Origin: Chrysomallon squamiferum
Taxonomy: Eukaryota; Animalia; Mollusca
Assembly (NCBI GenBank): GCA_012295275.1
Contig: CM022679.1
Span: 20,026,001 to 20,090,000 of the forward strand
DNA length: 64,000 nt
Direction: 5' to 3'
The notes below the pieces were generated by a model, which saw only the letters and a program-made list of their open reading frames with translations, made no database searches and was not told the DNA's origin. Of the stretch, positions 1 to 14,906 are shown piece after piece; the first letter of the stretch is position 1, and each line of letters opens with the position of its first letter. The translations under genes and the position numbers were made by a program.

Positions 1-197
1 AGTAAAACGTGAAATATTTACTACAGTTAAATACTAACAGTCTGGCAACTTGAAGTGATTATGTAACATCTGAAATCCATAATCTTAAAACAAAACTTTG
101 AGAACAAATACCTTTCTGAATGACCAAAATGACCTAAATGTCCTCAAAACAAAAACAAAAATAACCATAAATACCAAATGAACACAAAAATACTTAC

Positions 198-1665
198 ATT
201 TCTTGAGTTCTCTAGGTGGCACCATGGCAGTTTTTGGCAGTGACATGTCCACGCTTAAAGGGAATGATGGCGAATGGTGATGGGTGTACAAAGGAGAATG
301 ATGGTAGTATGATGGGCAGTAATAATAGGGTGAGTACGATGATGCCATCGAGTACCACGAAGATGAGTTTGCATAGCTTTCTTTATGAAATGTGGATGCA
401 TCATGATAGTAAAAGACACTCAAAGAAATGTCTGTTCCAGTCAGATTAATGTAGACACTGTCTGGAAAAGACTGGTCATTTCCACTCTTGTTTTTTCTCT
501 GTGATATGTCAATATCCCACAACTGACGATGTGGTTTGGCATATCTATTCCTTGAATTGTTGGTTTCAATTTCTATTTCTTCATCACTACCACAGTCAAT
601 TTCTGTCAGAGTCTTATCTGAATCTGTCAGTCCCATGGCACCAGTGACTTCAGATGTTGTACTGACACTGTCAGTGTCATCATCGGAATCACCATATGAA
701 GCTGATGTTTCAGTAGGCACTCCATTGTGTGAATGACTTGTGGATTTCTTCTCAGTGATGATACTATAGTCCTGGAATGGGTAATACTGGTATGAATACC
801 ATGCAGCGTTAATGCATTCAGGGCACTCTGATGGGGGACAGTCATAGCGAATGAAGGGAATACCTGTTGTATAATCAGCCAGTTTGCTGAGTTCTTCGGC
901 AGTGAGTTCAAATGGTGGAGAATCATCTGCTGGTATTCCATCAGAATCAGACACGGACAAGCTCTCAGAGCTTGATGTCACAGATGACTTGTCACTTTCA
1001 GTATCATCAGGTTGTTTTACACTGTTATACAAGTCATTACAAATGAGATCAACATTGTCACACTCAACAATACTGCGTCGTTTAGCACCATCAATCTCGA
1101 CTGATCGAGTTGCATTATTGAGCATTTTGGTTCCTAACTGACAATTGTAGCCAGCAAGGTTGTATTCTAAATGTCTCGAATCTTTCAAATGAGCTTTTTC
1201 AATTACAGATATCAAAGCATTTAGATTCTTTTGGTCTTTTTTCTTTGATTTGTTTTGGCGACGTCTGATGTCATGGTATCCACGACAAGACTCTCTGTGA
1301 TACTGTGTATATTTTGGCAGAGGTGCCACCTGTTCATCATGAGATACCTCACTGTCAGCAGATCGGACTGAAGTCTCGGAATCATCTTCCAGACTTCTTT
1401 GACGGTTCTGTAAGGCAGCTTTAAGAGTATCTTTCAGATGAATAACAATAGGAGAATTTGTCTTTACTTGCTTGTGTTTTCCTTTTTGGTTCTGTCGTCG
1501 ATGACTTTGACCTTTCGTCCTTTCCTTCTGACAGTTAACACACGAACTGCTACCCAAACCTTCAAGACGTTTAGCAAATTTTTCTTCACTGACTACTTCA
1601 AGATTTGCACTAGCACTCACAGTCTCCCTCTTGACTGGAGCTTTTCCATCGCTCAGTTTTCCCAT
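198..1665 (-). CDS. Large first coding exon (489 codons + 1 nt), Ser/Asp/Lys-rich and probably disordered. Either an alternative N-terminal exon of CNOT6 or a nested gene; continues beyond the left window edge
   Basis: 1.47-kb open frame in very AT-rich DNA. ATG at 1665 has an in-frame TGA two codons upstream. Strong donor AAAT|GTAAGT (GT at 197-196), phase 1; the ORF-track tail 85-197 is intronic. Same strand as, and downstream of, the CNOT6 LRR exons. Confidence 0.7.
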
Positions 1666-4600
1666 ATTTCAGTGAATTAAAGTTGTAATTATTAAATCAC
1701 AAGCATTGGACTTTAATCTGAACACCATGGAATCTCAAAACAAACTGGTGTTGTGAATGAGATACAAAGAGCAAGCCATTTTTACCTGAGCCAATTAAAG
1801 GTTTTCTTTCCTGGGGCAGTAACAAAGAGCATGAACTGTTAAATGACCCCAAAGCTTGATTGATTTTTCTGGATAAGCAAACAAAAACATCAGAGCATGG
1901 CTAAAACAAAATGGATACTTGCACAGATTGCTATCTATCCACAAACAAAAACAACTCAGTTATAAGAAGATTTGTATCCAGCAGTCAAGTTGAGTCTTAC
2001 CGGACCAGTGGTTGACACACAGTCACTCCAAACGATGATGTTAACACATCTAACAAGCAGTAATGGCTTGTCTTCTCTCACTGACAAAATACAACTGTGA
2101 GTAGTATTAAACAGGACAAAGAGTGGCTATCATTCACAATTCTATTAAAACATATACAAACACATAGTGCATTTCCTGTTATTATATAAAAATAAATTTT
2201 CAGTATTTTTCTTCTTCCAGAAATAATATACAAAATGTTTAAAAACAACACAAAGAAATACACGAGTCAATGTGAACTCTGATCACTGGTTAAATAAAGA
2301 GGTAAACAACTTGTACAAATGTACAGTAAGTAAAATAACAAGTACTTAGACTGGCCCTCTGGACTCCCCTCTGTCTGTGCTTACAGTTTATCTGAAAGTG
2401 GGAATACTGACAATGTACAGGTAGTGAAGTTTCCAGTTCCCTGGTAACCTTTGTTGGTGTTACACATGAGAAAGCAAAGTTCCAGAATTACAAAGTAGCA
2501 ACAGGATTACCCATACAAAGAAGCTCTGTGTTAACAAAGGCTTTGTGATCACAACACCATACATCTGCTTTAAACAGCCAACCCTGGCAAAATCAATGCC
2601 AGTTCTGGCAGTTTTAATTAGCCTTTGTTTGTAATGAGTGAATCTTAGTAAAAATAGAACAGGTGTGATTAACATAATCTGCCTCACCTTTTGTTATCAA
2701 TCATGACATACAATCATGACCTGGTTAAGTGATAAATTATGTAGTAGTACACTAGTCTGCTACACACATTCATGTACACATGTGTTTATAACCACGTGTT
2801 TCTCTCTGACTGGGCCATACACTGCCTGATGTGCGTCAGCTTTCCTTCAATGTACTGCGCTATAAATAATTTTGTAATGGTAGGCATTTGATCTACACAC
2901 ATTGTCTACTGGAAAAAAACAGAAAACCCCATTAGAAAACAAATATCCCCTGACCAGTTTATGTAGTAATAAAACTGTCTTTTTTGTTTTCAGCCTGAGG
3001 CTTGCTTGATGTGCCCCACATCAAATAACAAACAGTAACAGAAAAACCAGCCTTCAAGTATAAACTCATTCAAAACAGCAGTTAATGTTTACCAAGTTAT
3101 CAAATACTTCAACTATATTCCTGTAATGTATATAATTCATTTAAAAGGTTAAGAACAAAATGTAAAGATATCCATAGGCAAGCTATTGATCACAGTGAAT
3201 AAACGAAAACAACTCTATACATATATCATCCAACAGTGGAATAAACACTGGCGTCCTTTGTGTACTATTATATGCTTTTCACTTTCCAGTGTTACTTCTT
3301 CACAGTAAACATCTCTTCACATTTTTTTTATCTTTTCTCTACTGTTCATTCTCCTTCTATGAATCCATCTTGCCAGCACTGATGATTATAATCAATGTAA
3401 GCCAGCGAGGCATAGTTACCAATATACAGCAATGAGATCACCTGGGCCCAGTGCCATCACTGCTATGTTAATCAGAGGCAGGTCATGTGACTGCCATCAC
3501 ACTGTCTGAGTGGCCAAGTTACTGCGAAGGCAATCTGTGCATAAATTATAACAATAAGAACTGTAGGCTTGAGACAGTGAGAATAGCTTGATTACATGTC
3601 ACGTTCTCCAGCTCAAATATCCACAATGGTTACATCAGAACAAACCTGACTTGTGTTTAATTAGGTTGTAATCTAACTGAAAACACATATCACATAATTC
3701 ATCTGATCATAAATTTTTTTATTTTCTGGCTGCTTTTTTGTATTTTGTATTTTTATACTTAGATAAAACATAGCTATTTTAAATAATATTATCTTTAATT
3801 AAATGTAGATTTAATTTTTTCAACAGGCTTCATGTACTTTAATTGTTATTATATCTTTGTCTTAGGCAGAGGAGAGGCAATGGTAGAAGATGTTTCTTTT
3901 TCATGTATTTTCTTTCTTTTAATATTTTATATATTATGATGTTTGATGTGAAAATAATTTTATTTATTTATAAATGAAAAATGAAACAAAACAACATTTA
4001 AAAACTGTGATAAAGTAAGAGAAAAGCCTGCCATGTATTTTTATTTATTATAATAAAAAGGCATAAACATATTTAGATAAAGCAGACTGCAATACAAATC
4101 ATTTCGTTAATTAAAAAAACAGTATTGCCTACATTCGACTGAAATTTGTTTATTATAAGAATTTGTTGAAGATTAGATGGAAAATTCTGTTTATTTGTCA
4201 GACATTAATTATTTTTATCAAAAATTAATAACTGAACTTTACTTAGGAAAAATCAATATTATGATTTCAGAATGTGCTAGCCAAACATACAAATTAACTT
4301 TCATAAAATAAACAATTCTGAATGCTTACAAAAATACAGAGTGCTAACAAAATAATTACACCATTAATTAAAAACACCAAAACTGGCATAAAAATTAAAC
4401 AAAACAGAAATTATAAAATAAATTATAATGATGTCTGAATTTCTTACAAGTATAAATAATAACAAAGAAATGTTTTTGTAATATTCACACAGAGTATAAG
4501 GTAAGGTCTGGTGCACAATTAGGGAAATCAGGATCTCGTAAAAAAAAATAAAAAAGTAATAATCTTTAATGTCAATTTAATTCTCGAAAAATATTTATTT

Positions 4601-7598
4601 TTAAAAATTTTCATTAAAAGAAATATTCACCAGTGTTTAGTGCACATACTATATGAATTATTGATCTAGAACTGCAATGACACGCACAGGAAATGGTTTT
4701 ATTTACCTTTGTGTTGTTTGAGAGAGTATGTAACAAAAGAAGTTTAAATTCAAACAATGCAACCTACTGGGCCATGTAAACATTTGAAACTTGGTGACCC
4801 ATGCAGGAGTTGTGAATTACTTTCTACAATCATATATGAAAGGCATTACAAGGACACAGATGTGTGTAACTGATCTGTTTGAAGTGAAAATTATTTAGCT
4901 TCAATGGGATGGCACAAAGTGCAACTCTATATTTATATTGTAATATCTGTGATCTTCCTGTTGTTTCAAGTAATTACTGATTATAGATATTTCAGGTATT
5001 AGGTCACTTGAACTAATATAGATATCAACTCAGTCTTAGAAAATATTTTGAACCGGTAAGCTAAACAATAATAACACATAGCAATTAACTTCAATCGAGT
5101 TACTGAAAAAACTGACTGATATTATTGGAAAATATTAGTAATGTATTATGATACCTCTTAATTTTATGATTACTAATCACAGTCATTTGAATACAATTGG
5201 CTCTTTCTTAAATAGGCTTGAAGCCACTTGTACTATTCTATCAAATAATTTCATGTTCCATTCCACATTTTTCTGTAATAATTTATTTATTTATTTATTA
5301 TTTGATTTTCTTTTTTTCCTTTTTTTTCAGTTTTTATTATTTGTTTGTGCTAATAGTCTGAAGTCATTCAGAAAATGATATATGTTGATACAAAATATTT
5401 TATTTTTAATTTATTTTTACTTTTTGAAATTTGTCAATTATTTATAAATTCTGATGAAACTACATATAAAACTGTCATGTTTTGATTAATTTCCAAATGC
5501 ATTAACAGCAAATATGTCAGTGAAAACCAACTATCAGCAATAAAGGATTTTGATAAGCACCTCCTCAATAAGAAGGGAAACAATTCGTATTTAAATATAA
5601 TCCTAATTTATTTTTATTATTTTATCAAACTGGATTTTAATCAGTAATATTTATTTAATGATAAAAAAAAAGTTATATTACTTTAACAAAAAAAACAGAA
5701 GTTTAATTACAGATAAATTTAAAAGTGTAAACTAGTGAAAAGATACAGGAAAAAAGCATTCCCATTCAAAAAGGTCAACTATTTAATGACTGCACCTTTT
5801 TCACAGAACAAAATTCTCACAGGATAATTTCCCATTTCCACATACTAAATTTATAATGTCAGAGGAAATAATTTAATATGATTCTGCAACTGAATGATAG
5901 GATATCCATGCAAAATGTCAGTTTTGTTCGTAAATTCTGTTTTCTACAATAACTTTAAACAAAAATATGTAGTGTTTAATATTTATCTGAAATACAACAT
6001 TACAATATACATTCATCTGATAAAGTATTTAGTGTCTTTGAATATGTTAATTTAAATCTTGAAAATGTATTTTTATATTTAAAATTGCTAATGCTGCAGC
6101 AGCAATATTACTGTAATAGTAAAAGAATAATGTATAATTGTTATCACTATACATACTGCACAACTCAACTTCTTTATATAATGATCATTAACAAAAGTAT
6201 TTTATTTTTTAATTAAGGGGTTCTATCACCATTTAATATGTACAAAAAGTGACAACCAAATTTCTTCATCTACACGGTATGTTAAAAAAATTGTTACTCT
6301 ACTTCAAGATCTCCCCCCCCTGCATAATTATCATGTATATGTAACATTTCTTTTTTATTAATTTTATTTCTTGATATTCATATATATATATATATATATA
6401 TATATGAAGCCAGCAAATATTTATTTAGTTAATTTTATATAACTACACCTGCCATATATTAAATTAAAATGGCACATTTAAAACAAGGATACAGTGTCAA
6501 CAAGTTGTAAATGAAAAACTATAAATTTTAAAATAAATCAATTATTTTTCCTTGAGTCACTAACTTAAATACTCACTGATTATTTGCAGCAAATAAGTAA
6601 ATAAATAAATAAAATAAAACTAAAAATCCCAAATAAAAACAAACAAAAATAGAATAGAAGGCTAGTGTTAATTGGAAAAAAAATAGTATAATAAATGGAG
6701 AATTATAATTAAGGTGGGTTTTGTCTTGTTTTTTTTTAATCAAATATGAATCATTTTGAAATTATAGTTTAATCTGCCTGCAGATAGGTAATGGTAAAGC
6801 AATGTAACATTATACAAATATATTTAACAGGCTCGTCAGAGGCTCTAAGCAATCATTGTCAGTTTCATAAACTATCTGACAAAACTGCATTATTAGTTAA
6901 CACATAGAAAATACAGACATTATTAATTTAGTGTGTTCCCTAAAGGCCATTCTTCTAGCAATAACATCTAAATAACAACCAATCTGATAATAAAATAGTC
7001 AGAGTTATTAATGATGTAACATGCCTGCAGGATGTACAGTTATTATTAGTTGAGTTTCTTAATTCCACTGTTTTAATTCTCTGAAGAAATCCTTTTTAGC
7101 AAAATTGGAAACAAACATTATTAAGAGAGATAATGACTTGATATAAACCTGTTTTATCAACAAAGGCAAAATATATTTTATTAAAATCAACAATAAAAAA
7201 AAAAAAAAAAAAAAAACAATAAAAAAAAAAAAAAAAAAAAAAACCCTGCTTTGTAGTTTGTGTCACACTTTACAGAAAAAAAAAAAATCTAGATACTTGT
7301 GAAAAGCTGTTTTGAAAAACATTGGCTAAATATATTTTACCATCTTACTTTAAACATGTTGTCTTTAATGTAGTTGAAATTATCATATCAAATCTATTTA
7401 ATGATTTAAAAAGAATAGCTTGATCCATAAAATTGTTTTACTATGACAGTATCTAAATCTGTTATATACAGTGACCTTACATATCCACCAATATATATAC
7501 CTGCACAACAAGCATTATATACACAGAAACATAAACATAATTACACATATACAACACAGACAAACACATAAGTACTCATTCACAAACATTCTACTTTA

Positions 7599-7601
<3 letters not shown>

Positions 7602-7651
<50 letters not shown>
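7602..7651. repeat. (CT)n microsatellite
   Basis: Direct reading. Confidence 0.95.
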
Positions 7652-7653
<2 letters not shown>

Positions 7654-10600
7654 GAAACATGCATACATAGAAAATGAGTTAATTACAGGAACCTAAAATG
7701 GAATAAGGTCAGTTAAGCAGGGGTAAATGACACATGAAATAGATAAGGAAGAAAATATCAAAGAAGATCAATACTAGGTGACCCAGATTAGAGGCAAACA
7801 TGGACTCTTTGTTCAGATGGTACATCACTTGCTACAATACACTCTCTATGATCGATCTCACAGTGACTCATCACACAACAAAAGCAAGTCAGATTTATTT
7901 ATGAACTGAAGAAGACATACATATTTTGTGACACAAACCAATATATTTTCACTATTTTCTTTATTGCCATGTTAATGCAAAACATTCTTTAAATCAGTTA
8001 AATGGCACCAATATACATTTTGGGGTTATTTGGCTTTTCTCTGTGTGTGTATGTGTCTGCATCTGCTTATGTTTTATAAATAAGAGTCTTAGAAAATATT
8101 TAATACATAAAACAAATCATAGAAAAACAAAATTAATTTTAAAAAATAAGAAATAATATGGAAGTAAATAAAGATTTCATCTCCAAAATGATGCCAACTA
8201 AGAACAATAGATTCATTTAAATAATAACTTTAACTTGAGTTTGTTATCTTTTCCTAACAAAAACAAGATTTTAATATAAGGAAAATGTGTTTAAAATAAA
8301 TCAGACAAATGTTATCCATAAATACATTTGTTTTCTTTCTTCTTTTTATCTTTTTTAATTTTTAATTTTTTTATATCAAGTGTGAAACAGTTTTTCATTT
8401 TGTAAAAATGTAGTTCCATTTAATGAAATGAACATCTTAACTGTAATTCACACACTTAGAACCAGTGAATTTTTGACACTGTTTTCACAGGAATGTTTTC
8501 ATTGGAAAATATCCTATCAAATTAAACTGCAGAACAAAAATAAGATTTTAAAAACCCCAGGATTTCTGTTCACAGAGACAGAAACATTCAAAAAAAAAAA
8601 AATGCACAATTAAAACTCAAGCACACACACACACACACACACACTCATGCACAGACACACACAACCACCGTATAAATGTGCATTTTATTCATTTGTTTTT
8701 TAACTATTGCGTAAATAAAGAGATTGCAATAAAAGTTCAATGACTGATTTAAAAAACAAATTCTAAAAAGAAAGTTTTCTTATTGTCTACATCGACTTAA
8801 AAGATTCTCACTGCTACTGATCATGCATGGCCCAACATATCTTCAGACTTGTGTAAATCGTCAATTACCATTTATATGAAGGATGAGGGTCGTAACTGCT
8901 AACTCTTTCACTAATCCGACAAGGCAAGGTGAGAATAAACAGGCCAGATTCAAATCATTGTTTAGTCTGTTATTTCTTGGATACAGATGAAGAAACAAAA
9001 ATGTTTGTAAAAGAAAAGAAATTTTATTAATATTCAGTTTATTGAATAACTATCTAATTAGTAATCTAGATATTATTGAAAAATTATTATTTATTGCCTT
9101 AAATGTTGACTGAAATAAAAATTAAACTGGATTAGCAATACTTATTATTACTGTTTCAATACTTTAAAATTATAAATAAGTTAACATGTTTTCTCTCATT
9201 TATTATTTAATTTTTTTAAATTGTGATTGGGAACTTTTCTTCAAACAGAATTAATTTGAAATTGAACAATGGTGTAAATAATTTTAAAAAAAAGATTATT
9301 TTGTAGGTAGGTATCCATCAACATTGTTCTAGGTGCATGGAACCTTACTTTATGGATTATACTTAAGAACAGATTGAAGAATTGTTTATCTTTGACTGGA
9401 AAGTAAGTTAAACATTAATGGGCTTTATTTCTATGGCTACAGGACAAATCAGACAGTAATCTATGTGTTACTTATAATAATAATCACCTTTAATATGCTG
9501 GCCAAGATTACGATGGTTTCATGTTCTCACATTCACTGGTTTCTGTTTAAGGGATTTGATTAGAAATAATATAAATCTTTCTGCTAAATGAATTACAATA
9601 AACACATTATAAAGTCTTTATTTTTGTCACACTGCAGAAACTTGTTTTTCTAAATCATTACGTACATGTTATTTGCTGTCATTTAATGGTTAAATCACAC
9701 ATAAGCATATATTAAACTTACTGCTTTGCAATATTAAACATTTTCATTTAAATCGGAGACATGAAAAATTCAAAGGACTACTCTTACTGATTAGCAGAAA
9801 TGAGATTAGTCCATGAAAGAAAAACAGCAGGAATGGGAAAAACAACTTTCTTGTAATTATCTATTCTTATTTGATAAATTTGTATTGTACCATAACAAAA
9901 TCTTTCTATTTTTGACATAAAAAAACAAATCAAATGAAGTAATCTGTTGAATGTAAAAAATATTATGCAGTGATTTTCTAAATGAACAATTATAATTAAA
10001 AATTAAAAGTGTTAGGGAAGAAAAAAAAGAAGTTGAAAATAGTAGAAAAATAGCAAACAGCATGATGGTTAAAACATCATGGAGGAAGGGATAATAGAAT
10101 AAGAAATATCAAAATAAACAGCTTAAAAACAAGACTGATTAAACTAGCACATAATGATATCTTAGCATTAACTGATTACTGGTTAACATTTCATGGTTAC
10201 AACTAATATGCCAGTTATGTAACCATCTAGACAGCAAGACCACAGTTTACAGCAGCAAATATAATCATCTGATTGTTTGTAAGACAACCTCCTTTAATAC
10301 ATAATATACTTAAATGAGATCCAAGTAAGAAAACAAGTTATAACGGTATCAGATAATTATAAAAGAATTATCAAAGAAATACTCCAGTAATTGGCTCTGA
10401 TCCGTTTTCACTTTCATTTCTTTTTTAAATCAGATCTAAAAATGAATTCTCTGGCTTTAACAAATTTACTTATTTACCTCTTTTTATTTTCGTATCAATA
10501 ATACAAACCATAATATATAAATATTAATCAGAATTTAAGATATAAGGAATTCAGTATACAAAATTATATATAGTAACAACAACAACAACAATAATAATAA

Positions 10601-12229
10601 TAATAAAATTTAAATCTGGATGTTTAATGAAGAAAATGTAAGTGAATAAACTTCAGAGAGGTCATTTTTGTGGGGTCACTGGGCAGGGCAACGTACGATT
10701 TTGTTTGTGTCACAGGAAGCAACAACATTAAACTAATTCAGTGTTGTATTAAAATAAAGATCTATCTGTGAAAAACAACAACCTGTATTGACACACACAG
10801 CAGGACTCTGAACTTTGCTCCATGGTGATATAAAAGATATTTATTGTAAGTATACCAGCATATGTCAGATAAAAAAAAAGCAAAAAAAAAAGCAGTGACA
10901 ATTTATGATGAATCTGTTGACAAAATATGTAATATGAATAGCTCCTGTTGTTGTTTCCAGCTAAGAAAAACAGACACATATTTATTTTATGTCCATCAGT
11001 TTTTAGAATAAACATAAACATGAAAATAAATGAAAAGCTATAAAAATGAAAATTGTCCAATAACAACATAAAAGTATCAAATAACTAATTACATCATACT
11101 CATACAATTATTTTATAGTTTATACTAAATAAAAATAAATACTAATATTACATTACATTCAATGCTTTATAATTTTTAATGATTAAATTTTCCAGAAATT
11201 TAAAAAAATTTCGATTAACTTTATAAAATATTTTTACTTATAACAACTACATCAGTTGTTAATAAATGGTATTAATGACAGTTAATGTATTTTTTGCTTT
11301 ATTTTAATTGTTGACTGCAGAATCTGTTGACACTGGTTTTTTAGATACCATTAGTAATTTACTTAAACATGATCTTTGTTCTGATACTAATTTAGATGCT
11401 GTTCAAGAAGAATTGTAAGAAAATTACTCTATCTAAAGCGGCATGTTATTTGCTCACACTTTCTGAACAGTATTGGCAATTCCCAGTTAGTCACTCAGTG
11501 AAGGCTTAATTAACACTGAAATACACCAAAATTGATTGTTTGCATCTAAGATGAATTGGATAATTACTGATATGGGTTCATACCCAAATGCATATTATCT
11601 AATTATTTTTTTATATATATATTTTTTTTTACTCATTTAAAAACCATCAAATTTAAAATATAAGTTGCTACATTTGTACTGAATGGAAAAGATGTGAGTA
11701 CAGGGTAGGATAAATTGCTGCTTGTCCTAGTTTCTACATGCGAAGTAAAGTAAAAGGATATCAATATATTATTATTACAGTTTAAATATATCTCTTGGTT
11801 ACTGCCAATTTGTGTGTGTGTATGTGCATGCATGTGACATGTGTACATGTGCAGAAATGACCTTGATTTAATGTTTGTTCTTGCAAATACAATAAACTGC
11901 TGAGCATTTGCAATGCTTAACAATAAATAAAAATTTCATCTTTTTTTTCTTTTTCATGCAATTAATATCAGGTATAAAAATGTTTAGCATACACACCTGA
12001 AGACTAATACTAAAAATATAGAGCAACAAATACTAATACAGAAATCGTAAAGAAAAAAAGTAAATATTGTTTTAAAATTTGTATTGACAGGATTTTTTTG
12101 TTGATAAAATAATGTGATTACAGCTTTTTTGTTTCACCAACAAAACTTTTAACTGTTAGAAATGTTTCACACTTTATATCAGTATTCAGCAAAAGAATCT
12201 ATTCTTTATATTACACACACACACATTCT

Positions 12230-12263
<34 letters not shown>

Positions 12264-14698
12264 GGGGATGATTTGAAAAAAGAAAAAAAAAAAAAAAAAA
12301 AAAAAGTGGGAAAAAATCACAAAATCAACAACCAAGAACAAGAAACAACAATGACAGTAATTATTAAATAAAACAAATTAAAAAAATGACAAACAGCATA
12401 CATAGCATACATAAACAGAAACAAAAAGAAGAATGCTGGAAAGTGTGTGAAGTGATTGGAAAGCAACAAAAACCTTTCAGTAAACTATAGCTTGCATGAA
12501 CCTTACTATGTTTCATATCTGATAAATGACAGAACAACATACTCATAAAAACAAATTAATGTGTACAATATATAATGTAACACTATAAACAATCTGCTAT
12601 AGGTCTTTAAAACTCAATGAATGGGCAGAAATGTATAAATTATCATTTAATTACATTATTTTACACGATCAACATTGTAAAGTGTGTATGTGTGTGTATG
12701 AGGGGGGATCAAAACATGACCAAAAAAACCCACAAAAAAATAACCAACCAAAAAACACAAAACAACAACAACAAAAATATAAAATAAAATAAAATAAAGA
12801 AAATAAAATAAAAAACAGTTGAGAGAATCTATATGAGAGATGACAGCAGCAGGTTTCTAGTTTAATTGTTAGTCCAGCTGCTACATGTAGCAACACCTCC
12901 CTCCCTGCATGGTATTTAAAATTACTTTCTCGTATGTATTGACCTCAACTTACTGCAGTTTAGATTTACAAATTTATATAAAACATCTTATCCAGCTTTG
13001 GTTAAAATTAATTAAAAACCCTGTGGACATGTCTGTAATGCTGGTTGTCCAGTTTTGATTGAACAAAACCAATGAAACCATACAACCATATGGATGAGAA
13101 AGAAATGTTTACTGTATTTATATCCTTTCACTTTAATAACCTTTAGTTAAATAAAGTTAATACTCTGTTTTCTTCTTTTTGTTTTTCCTTTCTTAAAGTA
13201 CATCAGTATTTACCTGAATGCATTGCAATAGCAAAGTTCATTGTAATTTGTATGAAAGAAATAGTAAGGAAAGAACTTTATGCAGTTTACTTACTGAAAA
13301 TTCACGTGTCAAAAAAACATGTTGCGTGTAATTTAAAATATAGATACTAATTGGCAGATGTAACATTTCTGAATGCATTATCTCTAAACAAATATTAATG
13401 ACAATATGATACAGAAACAAAGCTGTATCAAATTTACAATTTGAAACATATGCTGGCAAAATACATAATAAAACTCAGAGAAAAATTATTTTAAATTACT
13501 TTTTTACACATATGTTAGTAAAGTACAGAATAAATCCAGAGAAAAATTATTTTAAGGGTCACAGGATTTATTTTCTTTAGTATGCCCAGTAAGTGATTTC
13601 CCATTCAAGAAAAAACATAATGATCAAGTCAACTGCATGTATGCTTTCCTGTCTGTAGCAACATGTACTAAACAAAATCCACCTAATTATAGATAAGAAA
13701 AACCTGTCAGTGGCAGAGTTTCTTCTACATGTTTAAAAAAAAAAAAAACTTAACATATATATTTTTTCTTTTAGAAATTACATACTTATACTGAAAATAA
13801 AATCTGTTATTTAATATAAATCATTTATCCATCAAAATAAAATGGACTACTAAACAGATATAACAATAAATTAACACATCTGCCATTACTTTATGTTTAC
13901 AATTATATGGACTAGATTAGCTTCACTCCTACAAGTTCCTATAAATAATTATTAATTGCATTTTCCTAATTTTTAAAAGATGGTGATAATTCATCAAAGG
14001 AATATAATTAACTCTGGGTTATAATGATAAATATGTTACTTCCTAGATACACAACTGAAAGCAATTTACAAAATACAAAAGTGAAATATAAAAATGAATT
14101 ACGTTTTCAATTAATGATGTCACTATAAAAACAATTTATCTCATTAAGACTTCCTTATTTAATAATCTGTATGTAACCAAAATGCCATTATGACTTCAAT
14201 ACAGAATATTCTTTACTTGGGATTCTTGCTTTAAAATACCAACAATTCAGTTCTGCCTACTAAACTTTCTACCATCCTATATTAGGACAACACATGAAAT
14301 TATGAATTAACTAGTGTAATTACATTCCAGAAGCAATATTTTGTATCCCCAAAATCTAACTCTGAAAGCATTGATTCTTCTTTCTCTGACTACCAGATCT
14401 TGAAACATCTGACATTCCTTACAGGAAGTCTTCAAGTGAAATCTTTTCTATGTTTTCTTTAGCACATTTAGATCTTTTACACATATCTCCCTCAGGAACG
14501 GACAACATAATATGTATCAGTTAACCAGAACTGGAAATTGGCTAACTCTCCACCAAACAGTAGTTAATCCAAAATGCACTGTCCATCTGACTAAGATGTG
14601 AACAATGAACTTTATTTTGTCATGACAAAGAGAAAAAGTAGTGTAAAACAATAACAATCATTTAAAATGATAAATGAAAATAAACTGAATTTACTTAC

Positions 14699-14758
14699 CA
14701 GAATTGTGATAGTTTGAGAAGTTGTTTTGTGCTGCAATCGTTCCTTTCATTTCATTCC
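14699..14758 (-). CDS. CNOT6: 60-nt symmetric (phase 1-1) cassette exon of CNOT6, in the linker between the LRR and nuclease domains
   Basis: Acceptor CTTCTTGCAG|, donor CTG|GTAAGT. Open in the CNOT6 frame: (R)NEMKGTIAAQNNFSNYHNS. Confidence 0.6.
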
Positions 14759-14862
14759 CTGCAAGAAGCCCAGTAATAGTGGTTTGATGCAATTTAGTAC
14801 ATAGAGGTTAAACTAACCACACAAAGACATGACAAAAACAAGTGTAAATATTTTGAAGGATG

Positions 14863-14905
<43 letters not shown>

Positions 14906-14906
14906 A
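14863..14906. repeat. (TAAA)n microsatellite
   Basis: Direct reading. Confidence 0.9.

Noticed and set aside
216-1680. Several short plus-strand and alternate-frame ORFs
   Set aside because: Shadows of the large minus-strand exon.
8868-8894. 27-nt in-frame microexon candidate in the CNOT6 intron
   Set aside because: The donor is plausible but the acceptor lacks a pyrimidine tract; too weak to support.
2078-13459. Many 60-106 aa Phe/Leu/Ile-rich ORFs
   Set aside because: Low-complexity AT-rich intron sequence with no recognisable homology.
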